A stretch of 64,000 nucleotides of DNA from the NCBI GenBank assembly GCA_947478395.1, contig CANJVR010000001.1, positions 704,001 through 768,000 on the forward strand, read 5' to 3'. Position numbers and translations under genes: made by a program. Position 1 is the first letter of the stretch. Each line of letters begins with the position of its first letter. Shown one piece after another: positions 10,533-20,418 of this stretch. Source of the stretch: Opitutia bacterium. Lineage in GTDB: Bacteria > Verrucomicrobiota > Verrucomicrobiia > Opitutales > Opitutaceae. The notes under the pieces were generated by a model, which did not search any database, was not told the origin of the DNA, and was given only the letters and a program-made list of their open reading frames with translations.

Positions 10533-10854
10533 GGGACGAATGATGCACGTAAAAGACGCCCAAAAGGAACGCCGATTCTTTCATTCCGCCCGGCCCCGAC
10601 GGCGACGCGATCAGCCCGCCAATCTGCTCTCAACCTGAAACGATTGGCTTAGCATCGGCGTGCGGCGATCGGGGAAAGCGCGTCGGCCGTCCGCTCGCAG
10701 ACACTCCGGCGCTCGCCAGCGAGCTGATTGACCTTGATGCCGAAAAATTCCGTTAGGGAATAAGTGACCTTTCGTCGGACGCGCGCCCCCAGCGAGGTAC
10801 TCCGCTAGGAAAAGTCTTTTGCATTTCTCCCGTTTTCTCGCCGCTAATCGCGTC

Positions 10855-11559
10855 ATGCGTCGTCTCGACCAGCTGCTCTCCAATCTCGGCTATTGTTCCC
10901 GCAGCGAAGCACGCGACTGGATCGATTCGGGGGCCGTGACGGTGAAGGGCGAACCCGCCAACAACGTGAGCCTCAAGGCCGCGCCCGCTGAGATCCTCGT
11001 CGACGGCGAGCCCCTCGACCATCCTGACGGCCTGCTCCTTTTGCTCAACAAACCCCTCGGTCTGGTCTGCTCGCACGAGATGCGCGAAGGTCCGAATGTC
11101 TACAGCTTGCTCCCCCCGCGCTGGCAACGGCGCAACCCGCACGTCACGAGCGTCGGCCGGCTCGACAAAGACACCAGCGGCCTGCTCCTGCTCACCGATC
11201 AAAGTGCCCTCGTGCACCGATTGACCTCGCCCAAACACAAGGTCCCGAAAATTTATCGGGCTACGCTCTCAGCTCCCGTGACTCCCGTTCGCGCGGCGGA
11301 ACTCATCGCTCTCTTCGGCGCCGGGACGCTCGTGTTGCCCGACGAGAAAATTGCGTGCGCTCCGGCGAGCCTCCAGTTTTCAACCCCAACCGAGGCGGAG
11401 CTCACGCTGACCGAGGGTCGTTATCACCAAGTGCGGCGCATGTTCGCCTGCCAGGGCCACGAAGTACTTGGGCTTCACCGCACGCATTTGGGGGCGCTCG
11501 ATCTTGGCGACCTAACCGCCGGCCAGTGGCGCGTATTGCCCCTGGATTTCTTCGGGTAA
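10855..11559 (+). CDS. RsuA-family rRNA pseudouridine synthase with S4 domain
   Basis: RLDQLLS, LNKPLG, GRLDKDTSGLLL and EGRYHQVRRM motifs. Confidence 0.92.
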   Translation: MRRLDQLLSNLGYCSRSEARDWIDSGAVTVKGEPANNVSLKAAPAEILVDGEPLDHPDGLLLLLNKPLGLVCSHEMREGPNVYSLLPPRWQRRNPHVTSVGRLDKDTSGLLLLTDQSALVHRLTSPKHKVPKIYRATLSAPVTPVRAAELIALFGAGTLVLPDEKIACAPASLQFSTPTEAELTLTEGRYHQVRRMFACQGHEVLGLHRTHLGALDLGDLTAGQWRVLPLDFFG

Positions 11560-11699
11560 AATCCTGGGCTCCGAGCCCGATGCATCCGTCTCAGACCGGA
11601 CCGTAGCGCGGAGAGCTAATGTTACCTACTAGGAGGCCCCTGAAAATTATTTTGTCGTGGAGCTACTCTGCTGCGGCGGGTGGTTTTTAAACGAGCAGG

Positions 11700-11875
11700 T
11701 ACGCCGCCGCTCATGCCAGCACGCAGGGCGTCAGCCGCGGTGACGCCCCACTCTGCGGGCACCCCTGTCATAGGGGAAATTATGCAGACGCGACCCTCGC
11801 TTTTTCGGCGTCCCCTCGGTCAGGGGGCGGCGCCCAGACTGTTCGAAAAGCTTAGGGTCTTGAGCCTGACGAACG
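11700..11875. repeat. Cluster of short REP-like hairpins
   Basis: GGGCGTCA/TGACGCCC, CCCCT/AGGGG, CGTCCCCT/AGGGGGCG and GTTCG...CGAAC inverted repeats in one intergenic region. Confidence 0.5.
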
Positions 11876-11946
11876 ACGACGGGGAGCTGTTCGGTCACGA
11901 TTGGATTTCCCATCCGCGCCGTTCCCTGCAATCCGTTTCGTCTCCC

Positions 11947-12258
11947 ATGTCTGACACACCACTCACCGGCGCCCAGAAATCCAAGCTTCGCGCCCTCGGC
12001 CAGCAGCTCGACGCCACGCTTAAGGTCGGTAAGGAAGGGCTTACGCCCGCATTTTTCACCGAGCTCACCCGGGCGCTGCGCGCCAACGAGCTCGTGAAGC
12101 TGCGCTTCGTCGGCGACGCCGATCGCGACGCCCGCGCCACCCTTTGCGAGCGCATCGCAACAGAAGGACATTGCGCGTGCGTCGGCGCGGTCGGCCACAC
12201 CGCTTTGTTTCATCGTCCCCACGCAGCCAGAACACCGAGCCACCCGGTACAACCGTAG
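11947..12258 (+). CDS. yhbY: YhbY/CRM-domain RNA-binding protein
   Basis: LTGAQKSKLRALG, VGKEGLT, ELVKLRF and VGHTALF motifs. Confidence 0.9.
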   Translation: MSDTPLTGAQKSKLRALGQQLDATLKVGKEGLTPAFFTELTRALRANELVKLRFVGDADRDARATLCERIATEGHCACVGAVGHTALFHRPHAARTPSHPVQP

Positions 12259-12307
12259 CTCCGCCGACGCGCAAGTTTCGCCGAGCTTCGCGTGCAAATT
12301 CGCCTGA

Positions 12308-12338
12308 AGTGAATGTCACTTAATAAGTGACATTCACT
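12308..12338. repeat. Perfect 15-bp inverted repeat with 1-nt spacer
   Basis: AGTGAATGTCACTTA-A-TAAGTGACATTCACT. Confidence 0.95.
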
Positions 12339-12550
12339 GTAGGCTTCGCGCGGGAGCGGAGATGAAAAACGGTTGGAAGCAGTCGGCGGAGGATCGAGTG
12401 GGTTTCCGCGGGAGCAAGGTGGTTGGCGCCTTGGTGGTGCTGATTACAATCAGCTTTTCCCCTCAACTGCGCCGGCTTCAATCTTGAGTCGCGGCGGCTA
12501 CTCTCGCCCGAGATATTTCGGTAATCGGTTCGTCTTCAACCGGCCTCACC

Positions 12551-12793
12551 ATGCCTGAAACGCATTTATCCGCGGCCCCGCCGGCTCCAACCCAAGCCGC
12601 GGGCACACTCTACGGCGCGCTGGCCGATTCGCTGCAGCAGCGCATCGCGCTCGGTACGTTGCGGCCCGGTCACCGCGTTCCGCCCGTGCGCCGGATGGGG
12701 CTACAACGGGATGTCTCCATCACGACTGCGCTCCAAGCTTACGAGTTGTTCGAGAGCGCGGCCGCACTCGCCGGGTTCGTAATTTTTATTTAA
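12551..12793 (+). pseudogene. Truncated GntR/MocR-family regulator (partial wHTH only)
   Basis: LYGALADSLQQRIALGTLRPGHRVPPVRRM...VSITTALQAYELFES; similarity then breaks at a 16-bp direct repeat. Confidence 0.75.
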
Positions 12794-12849
12794 GACCTCC
12801 TGCAAAACTCCCATCGGCCGAGCGCGGCCGCACTCCCATCGAATCCTCC

Positions 12850-13767
12850 ATGCCTGCTCCCTCCCGATCCGCGTTGGTCATTGCGTTCACGACAATTTAC
12901 CTGGTCTGGGGTAGCACGTATCTCGGCATTCGCGTGGCGATGGAGAGCATTCCGCTCTTCGCGATGGCCGGGGCGCGTTTCACTTTGGCCGGGGCACTAC
13001 TCTTGATTTGGGTGCGTTGGCGGGGAGCGCCGGCGCCGACCGCACGACAATGGGCGATCAACGGTATCGTTGGTCTTTTTCTGCTCCTCGGCGGCAACGG
13101 GCTCGTCGTCTGGGCTGAGCAGTTCATTCCGACGGGCATCACGGCGCTCTTGGTGGGGGTGAGCCCACTCTTCATCGTGCTGACCGAATGGGCCTGGCCG
13201 GGCGGTATCCGACCGTCAGCCGCGACGGCGGGAGCGCTGCTTGTCGGATTTTTCGGCGTCGCCTGGCTGGCCGCACCCTGGGAATCCGACGCACACGGCG
13301 GTCTGTATATTCCGGGCCTGATCGCGCTGCTCACTGCGTGCCTGCTGTGGTCGATCGGCTTGATCTATTCGCGCCATGCCAAACACGGCGCCGATCCCCT
13401 CGTCGCTTCCTCCCTCCAGATGTTGACCGGCGGCGCGGCGCTGCTCGTCACGGCCACGCTGCACGGCGATTTTGTCCGGCTAGATCTCGCCCAGATCACC
13501 GCTCACTCGTGGGCCGCGTTCATCTACCTGGTGTTAATTGGCTCACTGGTGGGTTTTTCGACGTTCGTCTGGCTGATGAAAAAATGCGCGCCCGCCCAAG
13601 TCGCCACGTACGCTTACGTCAACCCGGTCGTCGCGGTCTTCCTCGGCTGGCTTTTGCACCACGAGCCCATCAATTCCCGCACCCTCGTCGCCGCCGCAAT
13701 CATCGTCGCCGCCGTGGCGATGATCACGATCCAGAAAAACAGCGCGGCGAAATCCAAATCCGCCTGA
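12850..13767 (+). CDS. EamA/DMT-family transporter (YedA-like)
   Basis: IYLVWGSTYL and TYAYVNPVVAV motifs; about 10 TM helices. Confidence 0.92.
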   Translation: MPAPSRSALVIAFTTIYLVWGSTYLGIRVAMESIPLFAMAGARFTLAGALLLIWVRWRGAPAPTARQWAINGIVGLFLLLGGNGLVVWAEQFIPTGITALLVGVSPLFIVLTEWAWPGGIRPSAATAGALLVGFFGVAWLAAPWESDAHGGLYIPGLIALLTACLLWSIGLIYSRHAKHGADPLVASSLQMLTGGAALLVTATLHGDFVRLDLAQITAHSWAAFIYLVLIGSLVGFSTFVWLMKKCAPAQVATYAYVNPVVAVFLGWLLHHEPINSRTLVAAAIIVAAVAMITIQKNSAAKSKSA

Positions 13768-13953
13768 CGTCGATGGGCCGCCAAGGGCTCGTCCCCAGAG
13801 CCATCAGGCCGCCTCGCGAAGACGTTGCGCAGGTTCTCCAGCGGTCCCGCGCTTGAACCGAGCGGGGCGGAACCCCGCCCCCACGTCGATCGCGAAGGTC
13901 CGACCGCTTGCGGACGCAGAAACCTGCGCTTAACTTCGCGGTCTGTTTTTCCC

Positions 13954-14403
13954 ATGAAACCCTTCGCATTTTCCGCCGCCTGCCTCGTCGCGTTGCTCTT
14001 TAGCGGGTGCAACACGATCAACCACCGCATTGAAGAAAAATCGGCCGCGTTCTCCGCGGCCGATGCGGCCACTCAGGAAAAGATCCGCCAGGGCGTCGTG
14101 GCCGTTGGTTATACCCCCGACCTGGTCTACATCGCGCTCGGTAATCCCGACCGCAAACGCCACCACACCTCCAAGGATGGCGAGGAAGAAACCTGGATCT
14201 ATAATACCTATTACCAAGAATACGCCGGCACCGCGAACACGGGGTACCGGCGCTACATCGTAGTCGATCCCCGCACGGGCCAGGCTTTTGTCTACATCGA
14301 ACCCGTCTACACCGACCTCTACCGGCAGCGACGCGAGGAAGACATCCGCGTGATATTTCAAAACGGCAAGGTGGCTGTGATCGAGCAGACGAAGGATATC
14401 TAG
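13954..14403 (+). CDS. Lipoprotein, possibly SmpA/BamE-like fold
   Basis: Lipobox FSGC; GYTPDLVYIALGNPD...ETWIY...VIFQNGKV pattern. Confidence 0.7.
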   Translation: MKPFAFSAACLVALLFSGCNTINHRIEEKSAAFSAADAATQEKIRQGVVAVGYTPDLVYIALGNPDRKRHHTSKDGEEETWIYNTYYQEYAGTANTGYRRYIVVDPRTGQAFVYIEPVYTDLYRQRREEDIRVIFQNGKVAVIEQTKDI

Positions 14404-14550
14404 AGCGCTTGAGCGCGAGCCGCGTGGGCGGTAAGAGGTAGGGCGCGTGATCTTGCCAGAGACGAGCAGGCCCTTGTGCGCCTCCGGCGCGGACTGTCTA
14501 TGAGGGAAAGAAGATTGTGTCGGGGCCGGCGGCGCGCATTTTCGGCGGCC

Positions 14551-14853
14551 ATGCCCCCGTCCCACCCGCCTCAAAACGGCAGCATTCATAGCGAATCGTT
14601 TTTGCGTTCGTTGATGCGCCGCCAGCTCAGCCTCTCGATCGCCTGTGCCGCCACATTTCTGGTCGCCCTGCTCGGGCTTCCGCTCCTCAACTATTTTGCG
14701 CCGGCCTTCATGGCGACGCGAGTCGCTGGTTTCACGTTGAGCTGGCTCATTGTCGGAGTGCTTTTCTTCCCCTTCGTCTGGATCATCTCCTTCGTGTTCA
14801 TCCGCCGTTCGCTGAAATTGGAAGCCGATGAGGTCAACGAGGTCAGCCGCTAA
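14551..14853 (+). CDS. DUF485 (YjcH-like) small membrane partner of ActP
   Basis: Two TM helices; lies 3 nt upstream of the SSS transporter. Confidence 0.8.
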   Translation: MPPSHPPQNGSIHSESFLRSLMRRQLSLSIACAATFLVALLGLPLLNYFAPAFMATRVAGFTLSWLIVGVLFFPFVWIISFVFIRRSLKLEADEVNEVSR

Positions 14854-14856
14854 ACC

Positions 14857-16668
14857 ATGAATCTCCCTCTCGCTTTTTTCAACGGCGTCGATCCCTGGAT
14901 TTTCGCTTTCTCCTTCGTCACCGTCGCCGTGACGCTCTGGATGGGCTTTCGCTCGGCCAAGAACTCCAAGACCGCCAGCGATTTTTTCGTCGCCGGGCGC
15001 TCCGTTTCAGTGGGCTGGAACGCCTCGGCCATCTCGGGTGAATATCTCTCGGCCGCCTCATTCATGGGCATCGCCGGCATGGTGATGTCATCCGGCTACG
15101 ATGCGCTGTGGTACCCGGTTTGTTATGCGTGCGGCTATCTTTTCCTGCTCCTATTCATCGCCGGACCACTGCGCCGTTTCGGGGCCTACACGATTCCGGA
15201 CTTCGCCGAAGGTCGTTTCGATTCGCCCGTCTTCCGCAAGATAGCCGTCTGCTTCGTGCTGTTCATTGGATTTTTCTACACGATGCCGCAGATGAAAGGC
15301 GCTGGCGTGACACTCGCTTATATTTTTCCCGGACTGCCGTATTGGGTCGGCGTCGTGCTCGTCGGCGCGGTCATCACGTTGAACGTTTCCCTCGGCGGCA
15401 TGAAAGGCATCACGCTCGTGCAGGCGTTCCAATATTGGATCAAGCTCTTCGCCATCACTGTGCCGATTTTTGTACTGATGTCCGTGGTTGGATTCTACAA
15501 CGGCCAGATCGGCGCCAATGTCGCGCCCGGCGAAACCGCCCCACTCGCGTCCAACTCGTCGGTGGAGCGCAAGCCCCTCGTTGAAAAAGCGCCGAAGGAC
15601 ACGGCTTGGATCGCGCCGTTCGGACCGCTGACGACGAAGGCCGTCACCGCCGCCGCCGCGACTCTCCCGGTCGAACAGCGCGCCGCCTACCTCGCCGAGC
15701 ACCAGAAGCCCTATTCGTTGCTCTACACCTATTCCCTGATCATCGCGCTCGTCTGTGGCACGGCCGGTCTGCCGCACATCTTGGTGCGGTTCTACACGAA
15801 TCCCGATGGCGTCGCCGCCAAGCGCACCACCATGTGGGTCATGATTCTAATCGGCGTATTCTATGTATTTCCGCCGATCTTCGGTGTGATCGGGCGTAAT
15901 CTATTACCCGAACTTTATTCCGGTATTGGGGCGAAGGGCACGGACAAGATCGTGCTCGAACTGCCCACGCTGCTCGGCCAGCGCTTCGGGGTGCTTGGCT
16001 CCATCCTGAGCGGCATCACCTGCGCGGGCGCGTTTGCCGCGTTCATGAGCACGTTCAGCGGCCTGCTTGTTTCGATGACGGGTGCACTCGCCCATGATGT
16101 CTACGGCCGCATGCTCCGGCCCCAATCGACACCCACCGAACGACTCTTTGCGTTCAAGGTGTCAGCCGTGCTCATTGGCGGCGTTGCCATCGTGCTCGGC
16201 TGTTTTGTCGAGCTCCTCGAAATCAACTTCATGGTCGGACAGGCCTTCGCCATCGCCGCCGCGAGTTATTTCCCGCTGCTCTTCATGAGCGTCTGGTGGC
16301 GCGGCATGACGATGAAAGGCGCAGCCACCGGCATGCTAGCGGGCGGACTTTGCGCACTCATCGCCGCGGCCCTGACGAATCTCGCCACACTGGCCCTCGA
16401 CAAAGGGCCAATGGGAAAACTCTTCGCGAGCTTCAAAGGCATGAACGATTTCTGGGCCCAGCACCCACTGCTGCGCATCCTTTGCGAACAACCCGCGATC
16501 TGGAGCGTGCCGCTCGCCATCACGCTCATGATCGTAGTGTCGAAGCTGACCGCCGCGAGCGTGCCGGCCGATATCCGCATGAAAATGCTCGTGCTCCACG
16601 CGCCCGAGCAGCTCGGCCTCAAGCAGGAATACATTCAGGAGCACCAGGCCGGATTGCCCGGGCATTGA
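14857..16668 (+). CDS. actP: Cation/acetate symporter, ActP-like (SSS family)
   Basis: SDFFVAGR, AISGEYLSAASF and GTAGLPHILVRFYT motifs. Confidence 0.88.
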   Translation: MNLPLAFFNGVDPWIFAFSFVTVAVTLWMGFRSAKNSKTASDFFVAGRSVSVGWNASAISGEYLSAASFMGIAGMVMSSGYDALWYPVCYACGYLFLLLFIAGPLRRFGAYTIPDFAEGRFDSPVFRKIAVCFVLFIGFFYTMPQMKGAGVTLAYIFPGLPYWVGVVLVGAVITLNVSLGGMKGITLVQAFQYWIKLFAITVPIFVLMSVVGFYNGQIGANVAPGETAPLASNSSVERKPLVEKAPKDTAWIAPFGPLTTKAVTAAAATLPVEQRAAYLAEHQKPYSLLYTYSLIIALVCGTAGLPHILVRFYTNPDGVAAKRTTMWVMILIGVFYVFPPIFGVIGRNLLPELYSGIGAKGTDKIVLELPTLLGQRFGVLGSILSGITCAGAFAAFMSTFSGLLVSMTGALAHDVYGRMLRPQSTPTERLFAFKVSAVLIGGVAIVLGCFVELLEINFMVGQAFAIAAASYFPLLFMSVWWRGMTMKGAATGMLAGGLCALIAAALTNLATLALDKGPMGKLFASFKGMNDFWAQHPLLRILCEQPAIWSVPLAITLMIVVSKLTAASVPADIRMKMLVLHAPEQLGLKQEYIQEHQAGLPGH

Positions 16669-16677
16669 ACCCACGAG

Positions 16678-16707
16678 GTGGAGCGTGTTGCCCTCAACGC
16701 GCTCCAC
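16678..16707. terminator. Strong hairpin between convergent actP and aat (terminator or REP-like)
   Basis: GTGGAGCGTGTTG-CCCT-CAACGCGCTCCAC, 13-bp stem with one G-U pair. Confidence 0.6.
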
Positions 16708-16717
16708 TTAGAGCGGT

Positions 16718-17434
16718 TTAAACTTTTTCGTCGCGGTTTGGTGTAGCGGCTACGCTTTCGCTCGAACCACCCTCGAACAGGCGGGCCCCATCGGCGAGGC
16801 CTTGCGTCAATCGCCCCAAAAACTCCGACCTTTCCACTTCCCGAGCACCGAGACGTTCCATGTGCGGGGTGAGCTGTTGGATATCCATCCACTCCGCACC
16901 GCGGGCGCGCAGGTACGACGCGAGATGCAGGATCGCGAGCTTCGAGGCATTATCAACGCGGTGAAACATGCTCTCGCCACCAAACACTCCCCCGGAATCG
17001 ACGCCGTAAAGTCCGCCCACCAGTTCGCCGTCACGCCAGACTTCCACACTGTGCGCCACACCGGCGACATGCAGCTCGGTATAGGCCGACAACACGGCCG
17101 GATGGATCCAGGTGCCTTCATCCTCCGCGCGGGCCGCGGCGGCGCACGCGGCGATCACCGCGGGAAACGCCCGGTCGATTGAATAACTCCAGCCGCTTTT
17201 CCGGGCCGCTTTCTCGAGCGTACGCCCAGCGGTGAGTTCCGCGAAAACCAGGATCGCCCGCACGCGCGGACAGCACCACGGGATCGGCGCGCCGGCCCGG
17301 CCCGGCCAGGGAAAAATTCCGCGGCGATATGCGGCCCGCAAATTTTCGACCGTCAGGGCCGAAGCATGGGTGCGCGCGACTACCTCCGGCCCACGGACGA
17401 GTTTGTCCGGCGCGGGAAATATGAGCGCAGCCAT
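16718..17434 (-). CDS. aat: Leucyl/phenylalanyl-tRNA--protein transferase
   Basis: AYRRGIFPW, GTWI, AHSVEVW, GGLYG, GESMF, ASK and DIQQLTPH motifs. Confidence 0.93.
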   Translation of the reverse strand: MAALIFPAPDKLVRGPEVVARTHASALTVENLRAAYRRGIFPWPGRAGAPIPWCCPRVRAILVFAELTAGRTLEKAARKSGWSYSIDRAFPAVIAACAAAARAEDEGTWIHPAVLSAYTELHVAGVAHSVEVWRDGELVGGLYGVDSGGVFGGESMFHRVDNASKLAILHLASYLRARGAEWMDIQQLTPHMERLGAREVERSEFLGRLTQGLADGARLFEGGSSESVAATPNRDEKV

Positions 17435-17501
17435 GGTAAGCCGTGATTTTTTCGGTCCGGGTGGGTCCGCTCGCTCGCGCGCGGCCTACACCGAAAAACC
17501 T

Positions 17502-18500
17502 TCATTCACGTTTCAGTCCGCGCGCCATCAAGGCGCTGAGCGCGAGCGCCGGCGCCTTGCCCTCGAAAAGGATCGCGTGTGTCTCGCGTAAAATCGGGGC
17601 CTCGATTTTTCGTGCCACACATAATCCGTGAAACGATTCCGTCGTGCGGTAGCCTTCGACGACCGTCTTGCGATGGGCGACGAGTTCCGCCGCGCTGCGC
17701 CCTTCGCCGATGCGCTGGCCGAATTCGCGATTGCGACTCCACTCGCCGTGACAAGTCGCCACCAAGTCGCCGAAACCGCTGAGCCCATAGAACGTTTCCG
17801 CCCGCGCGCCCAGTGAGACGCCGACCCGCACCATTTCCGCGAGCGCACGCGTGAGCAGAGCCGCGGTTGCATTATCACCCAACCCCAAGCCCACCGCGCA
17901 CCCCGCGGCGATGGCGTAGATGTTTTTCAAGCAGCCGCCGTATTCGATCCCCGCCAAATCGTCACTCGTGTAAACGCGCAGCGTCGGCCCGCTGATCGCC
18001 GCCTGCACCTCGCCGACAAATTCATTGGTGGTCGCGGTGCCCAACACCATCGCCGCCGGGAGACCGCGCGCAACTTCACCCGCGTTGGTCGGTCCCGTCA
18101 GGGCGCTTGCCACCGCCTCCGGGAAAACCGCCGCGATCACCTGCGATGGCCGCAGATGCGTATCGAGCTCCAAGCCTTTCGCTAGGCTGACAATCAGGCG
18201 CGGGCGCCGCGTCTCTCCGAAAGCGGCAAACACACGGTTCGCTGTGACGCGGAGCGCCTGCGAAGGGCAGGCCAGCAGCACGACATCGACCTGGGCGACG
18301 GCGGCGGACAAATCGGCCGTGATAGCGAGTGCCGCCGGCAGCGCCAGTCCCGGCAGATACTCGATGTTTTCGCGCGCCGCTGCGAGCGACTCGGCCTGTT
18401 CGGGACGTCGCGGCACCAACACAACGGACCGTCCCAGCCGCGCCAGATGCACTGCGAACGCAGTACCCCAAGCCCCGGCTCCGACGACGCAGAAGTTCAT
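17502..18500 (-). CDS. gpsA: NAD(P)H-dependent glycerol-3-phosphate dehydrogenase
   Basis: GAGAWGTA, AKGLE, LKNIYAIAAG, GDLVATC, SRN and VEG motifs. Confidence 0.96.
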   Translation of the reverse strand: MNFCVVGAGAWGTAFAVHLARLGRSVVLVPRRPEQAESLAAARENIEYLPGLALPAALAITADLSAAVAQVDVVLLACPSQALRVTANRVFAAFGETRRPRLIVSLAKGLELDTHLRPSQVIAAVFPEAVASALTGPTNAGEVARGLPAAMVLGTATTNEFVGEVQAAISGPTLRVYTSDDLAGIEYGGCLKNIYAIAAGCAVGLGLGDNATAALLTRALAEMVRVGVSLGARAETFYGLSGFGDLVATCHGEWSRNREFGQRIGEGRSAAELVAHRKTVVEGYRTTESFHGLCVARKIEAPILRETHAILFEGKAPALALSALMARGLKRE

Positions 18501-18731
18501 CTCTGCTTATTGCCCACGGAATCCACGAAACACACGGAAAATTTTAAAGCCCGCGGAGCACGGCGAAAGCTGGGCCCGAGTTAGGGCGGATTATCGCTAA
18601 TCTTCCACAGGCACTCCGCTCCCGGAGCAACGACGTCTAACCGGCTCATTGAGGTCGTTCGACTTCAATCAGGCCCCGAGCCTGTCGAGTGGCGATAACG
18701 CGCCCTACCCCTTTGGCCGGAGCCGTCCGAT

Positions 18732-20036
18732 TCACTTCAGAAACGCCGGAATCTTCTCACCTGCGATCATCGATTCGAAGCTTTCCCGCGCGTTGACCTG
18801 CTCAAACGCGCTGCCGTGGACCATCACTTCGGCCGGGAGCGGGCGGGTGTTGTAGCGGCTCGACATCGTCGACCCGTACGCGCCGGCGCTCATGAACGCG
18901 ATGTACTCGCCCTCGCCGACTTCCTGAAACTGGCGGGCCTTCGCGAAGCAGTCGCCGCTCTCGCAAATCGGCCCGACCACATCGGCGACAAGCGCGCGGC
19001 GCGTGGTGTCGCGATGCAACGGTACAATCTCGTGAAACGCATCGTACATCGCGGGCCGCACCAAGTCGTTCATCGCGGCATCGACGATGAGAAAGTTTTT
19101 TCCCGCGCCGCGCTTCAAGTGCTCGACCCGTGAGAGCAACACGCCGGCATTGCCGACGAGGAAGCGGCCGGGTTCGAGCAGGATTTTCAAACCGAGCGGC
19201 TGGAGCAACGGCACCAAGGTTGCACCGTACGCCTCGGGCGTCAGCGGACGCGTCCCGGCGGGTTGCGCGTCCCACCACGCGGCGGCGCCACTGGCGAGCG
19301 CATCGCGGTAGACGATGCCGATGCCGCCCCCGATCGAAAAATAAGTAATGCCGTACTTTGCTTTGAGCTCACCGGCAAAGGGCGCGACCTTGGCCACGGC
19401 CTCGGCGAACGGGCCGACGTCCGTCAACTGCGAGCCGATGTGCATCTGCACGCCGCGCAGTTCAAGATGAGGATACTTGGAGGCAGCTTCGTAGGCCGCG
19501 GCGGCGTACTTGAGGGGGATGCCAAATTTATTGTCGCTCTTGCCCGTGGTAATCTTGGCGTGCGTGTGCGCATCGACGTCCGGGTTGATGCGGATGGCAA
19601 TGGGCGCCTTTACCCCGAGTTTACCGGCGACGTGATTGATGCGCGCGAGCTCGGGCTCGCTCTCGACGTGGAAAGAGAAAATCCCGCTTTCCAGCGCAAA
19701 CTGAATCTCCGCCTCCGTTTTGCCTACGCCGGCGAAAACGCTGCGCTTCACATTCGCGCCCGCCGCCAGCACCCGGCGGAGCTCGCCCCCGCTGACCAGA
19801 TCGAACGCCGCGCCGAGTCGCGCAAAATGCCGCAGAACGGCCAAGCCGGAGTTGGCCTTCATCGCGTAGCAAATCTGAACGTCGAGCCCCTCCAAACCAG
19901 CCGCCAGCCGGGTATAATTATCCGCCATGGTCGCAGCGCTGTAGACATAGGTGGGCGTACCGTACAGCCGCGCCACCTCGGTGAGATCGACGGATTCGCC
20001 GTGAAGATTTTGCCCGACGTAGCGGAAGTGATGCAT
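18732..20036 (-). CDS. lysA: Diaminopimelate decarboxylase
   Basis: YAMKAN, HIGSQ, EPGR, GPICESGD and GAYG motifs; start re-called at MHHFRY (ATG 20036). Confidence 0.95.
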   Translation of the reverse strand: MHHFRYVGQNLHGESVDLTEVARLYGTPTYVYSAATMADNYTRLAAGLEGLDVQICYAMKANSGLAVLRHFARLGAAFDLVSGGELRRVLAAGANVKRSVFAGVGKTEAEIQFALESGIFSFHVESEPELARINHVAGKLGVKAPIAIRINPDVDAHTHAKITTGKSDNKFGIPLKYAAAAYEAASKYPHLELRGVQMHIGSQLTDVGPFAEAVAKVAPFAGELKAKYGITYFSIGGGIGIVYRDALASGAAAWWDAQPAGTRPLTPEAYGATLVPLLQPLGLKILLEPGRFLVGNAGVLLSRVEHLKRGAGKNFLIVDAAMNDLVRPAMYDAFHEIVPLHRDTTRRALVADVVGPICESGDCFAKARQFQEVGEGEYIAFMSAGAYGSTMSSRYNTRPLPAEVMVHGSAFEQVNARESFESMIAGEKIPAFLK

Positions 20037-20213
20037 AGCGTGAAAAAGACTGGGAAAGCGCTCGAAGTAGTGTGTTTCCCCTTGAAAAAACGAATCCAAA
20101 ATAACGTCATGCAGCTTGTGCTGCGTTACCTTGCCAACCTCTGCCATCGGCCCGCCCACCGTTTCGGGCTGCGGCGCGACCGGCGTGGTAGCCGTTTGCG
20201 GGACCCGCGGTTC

Positions 20214-20375
20214 GTGAGTTTCCTGGCTCAGACCAACCGCCGGACGCTCGACCCCGATTTTCATGACACCCTGCTCCGCGGCCGGAAGCTATTTCGCCGG
20301 CTGTTGATGCTCGGCAGTGCTGCAGGCGCGACCTGGTTCTTGCTCGAGAGCGCCAAGGCGCTGTCGATCTTCTGA
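20214..20375 (+). CDS. Probable 53-aa small membrane protein
   Basis: GTG-start ORF MSFLAQTNRRTLDPDFHDTLLRGRKLFRRLLMLGSAAGATWFLLESAKALSIF fills the lysA-LEA gap; basic patch followed by a hydrophobic helix. Confidence 0.55.
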   Translation: MSFLAQTNRRTLDPDFHDTLLRGRKLFRRLLMLGSAAGATWFLLESAKALSIF

Positions 20376-20418
20376 GCCTGGACTTGCGCTTTATCCGCGG
20401 TCCAATTTGCGTGGCGTG

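Noticed and set aside
20037..20264. 76-aa N-terminal extension of LysA in the ORF track, or a lysine riboswitch
   Set aside because: LysA similarity starts at MHHFRY; the extension overlaps a more plausible plus-strand small ORF; no L-box features recognised
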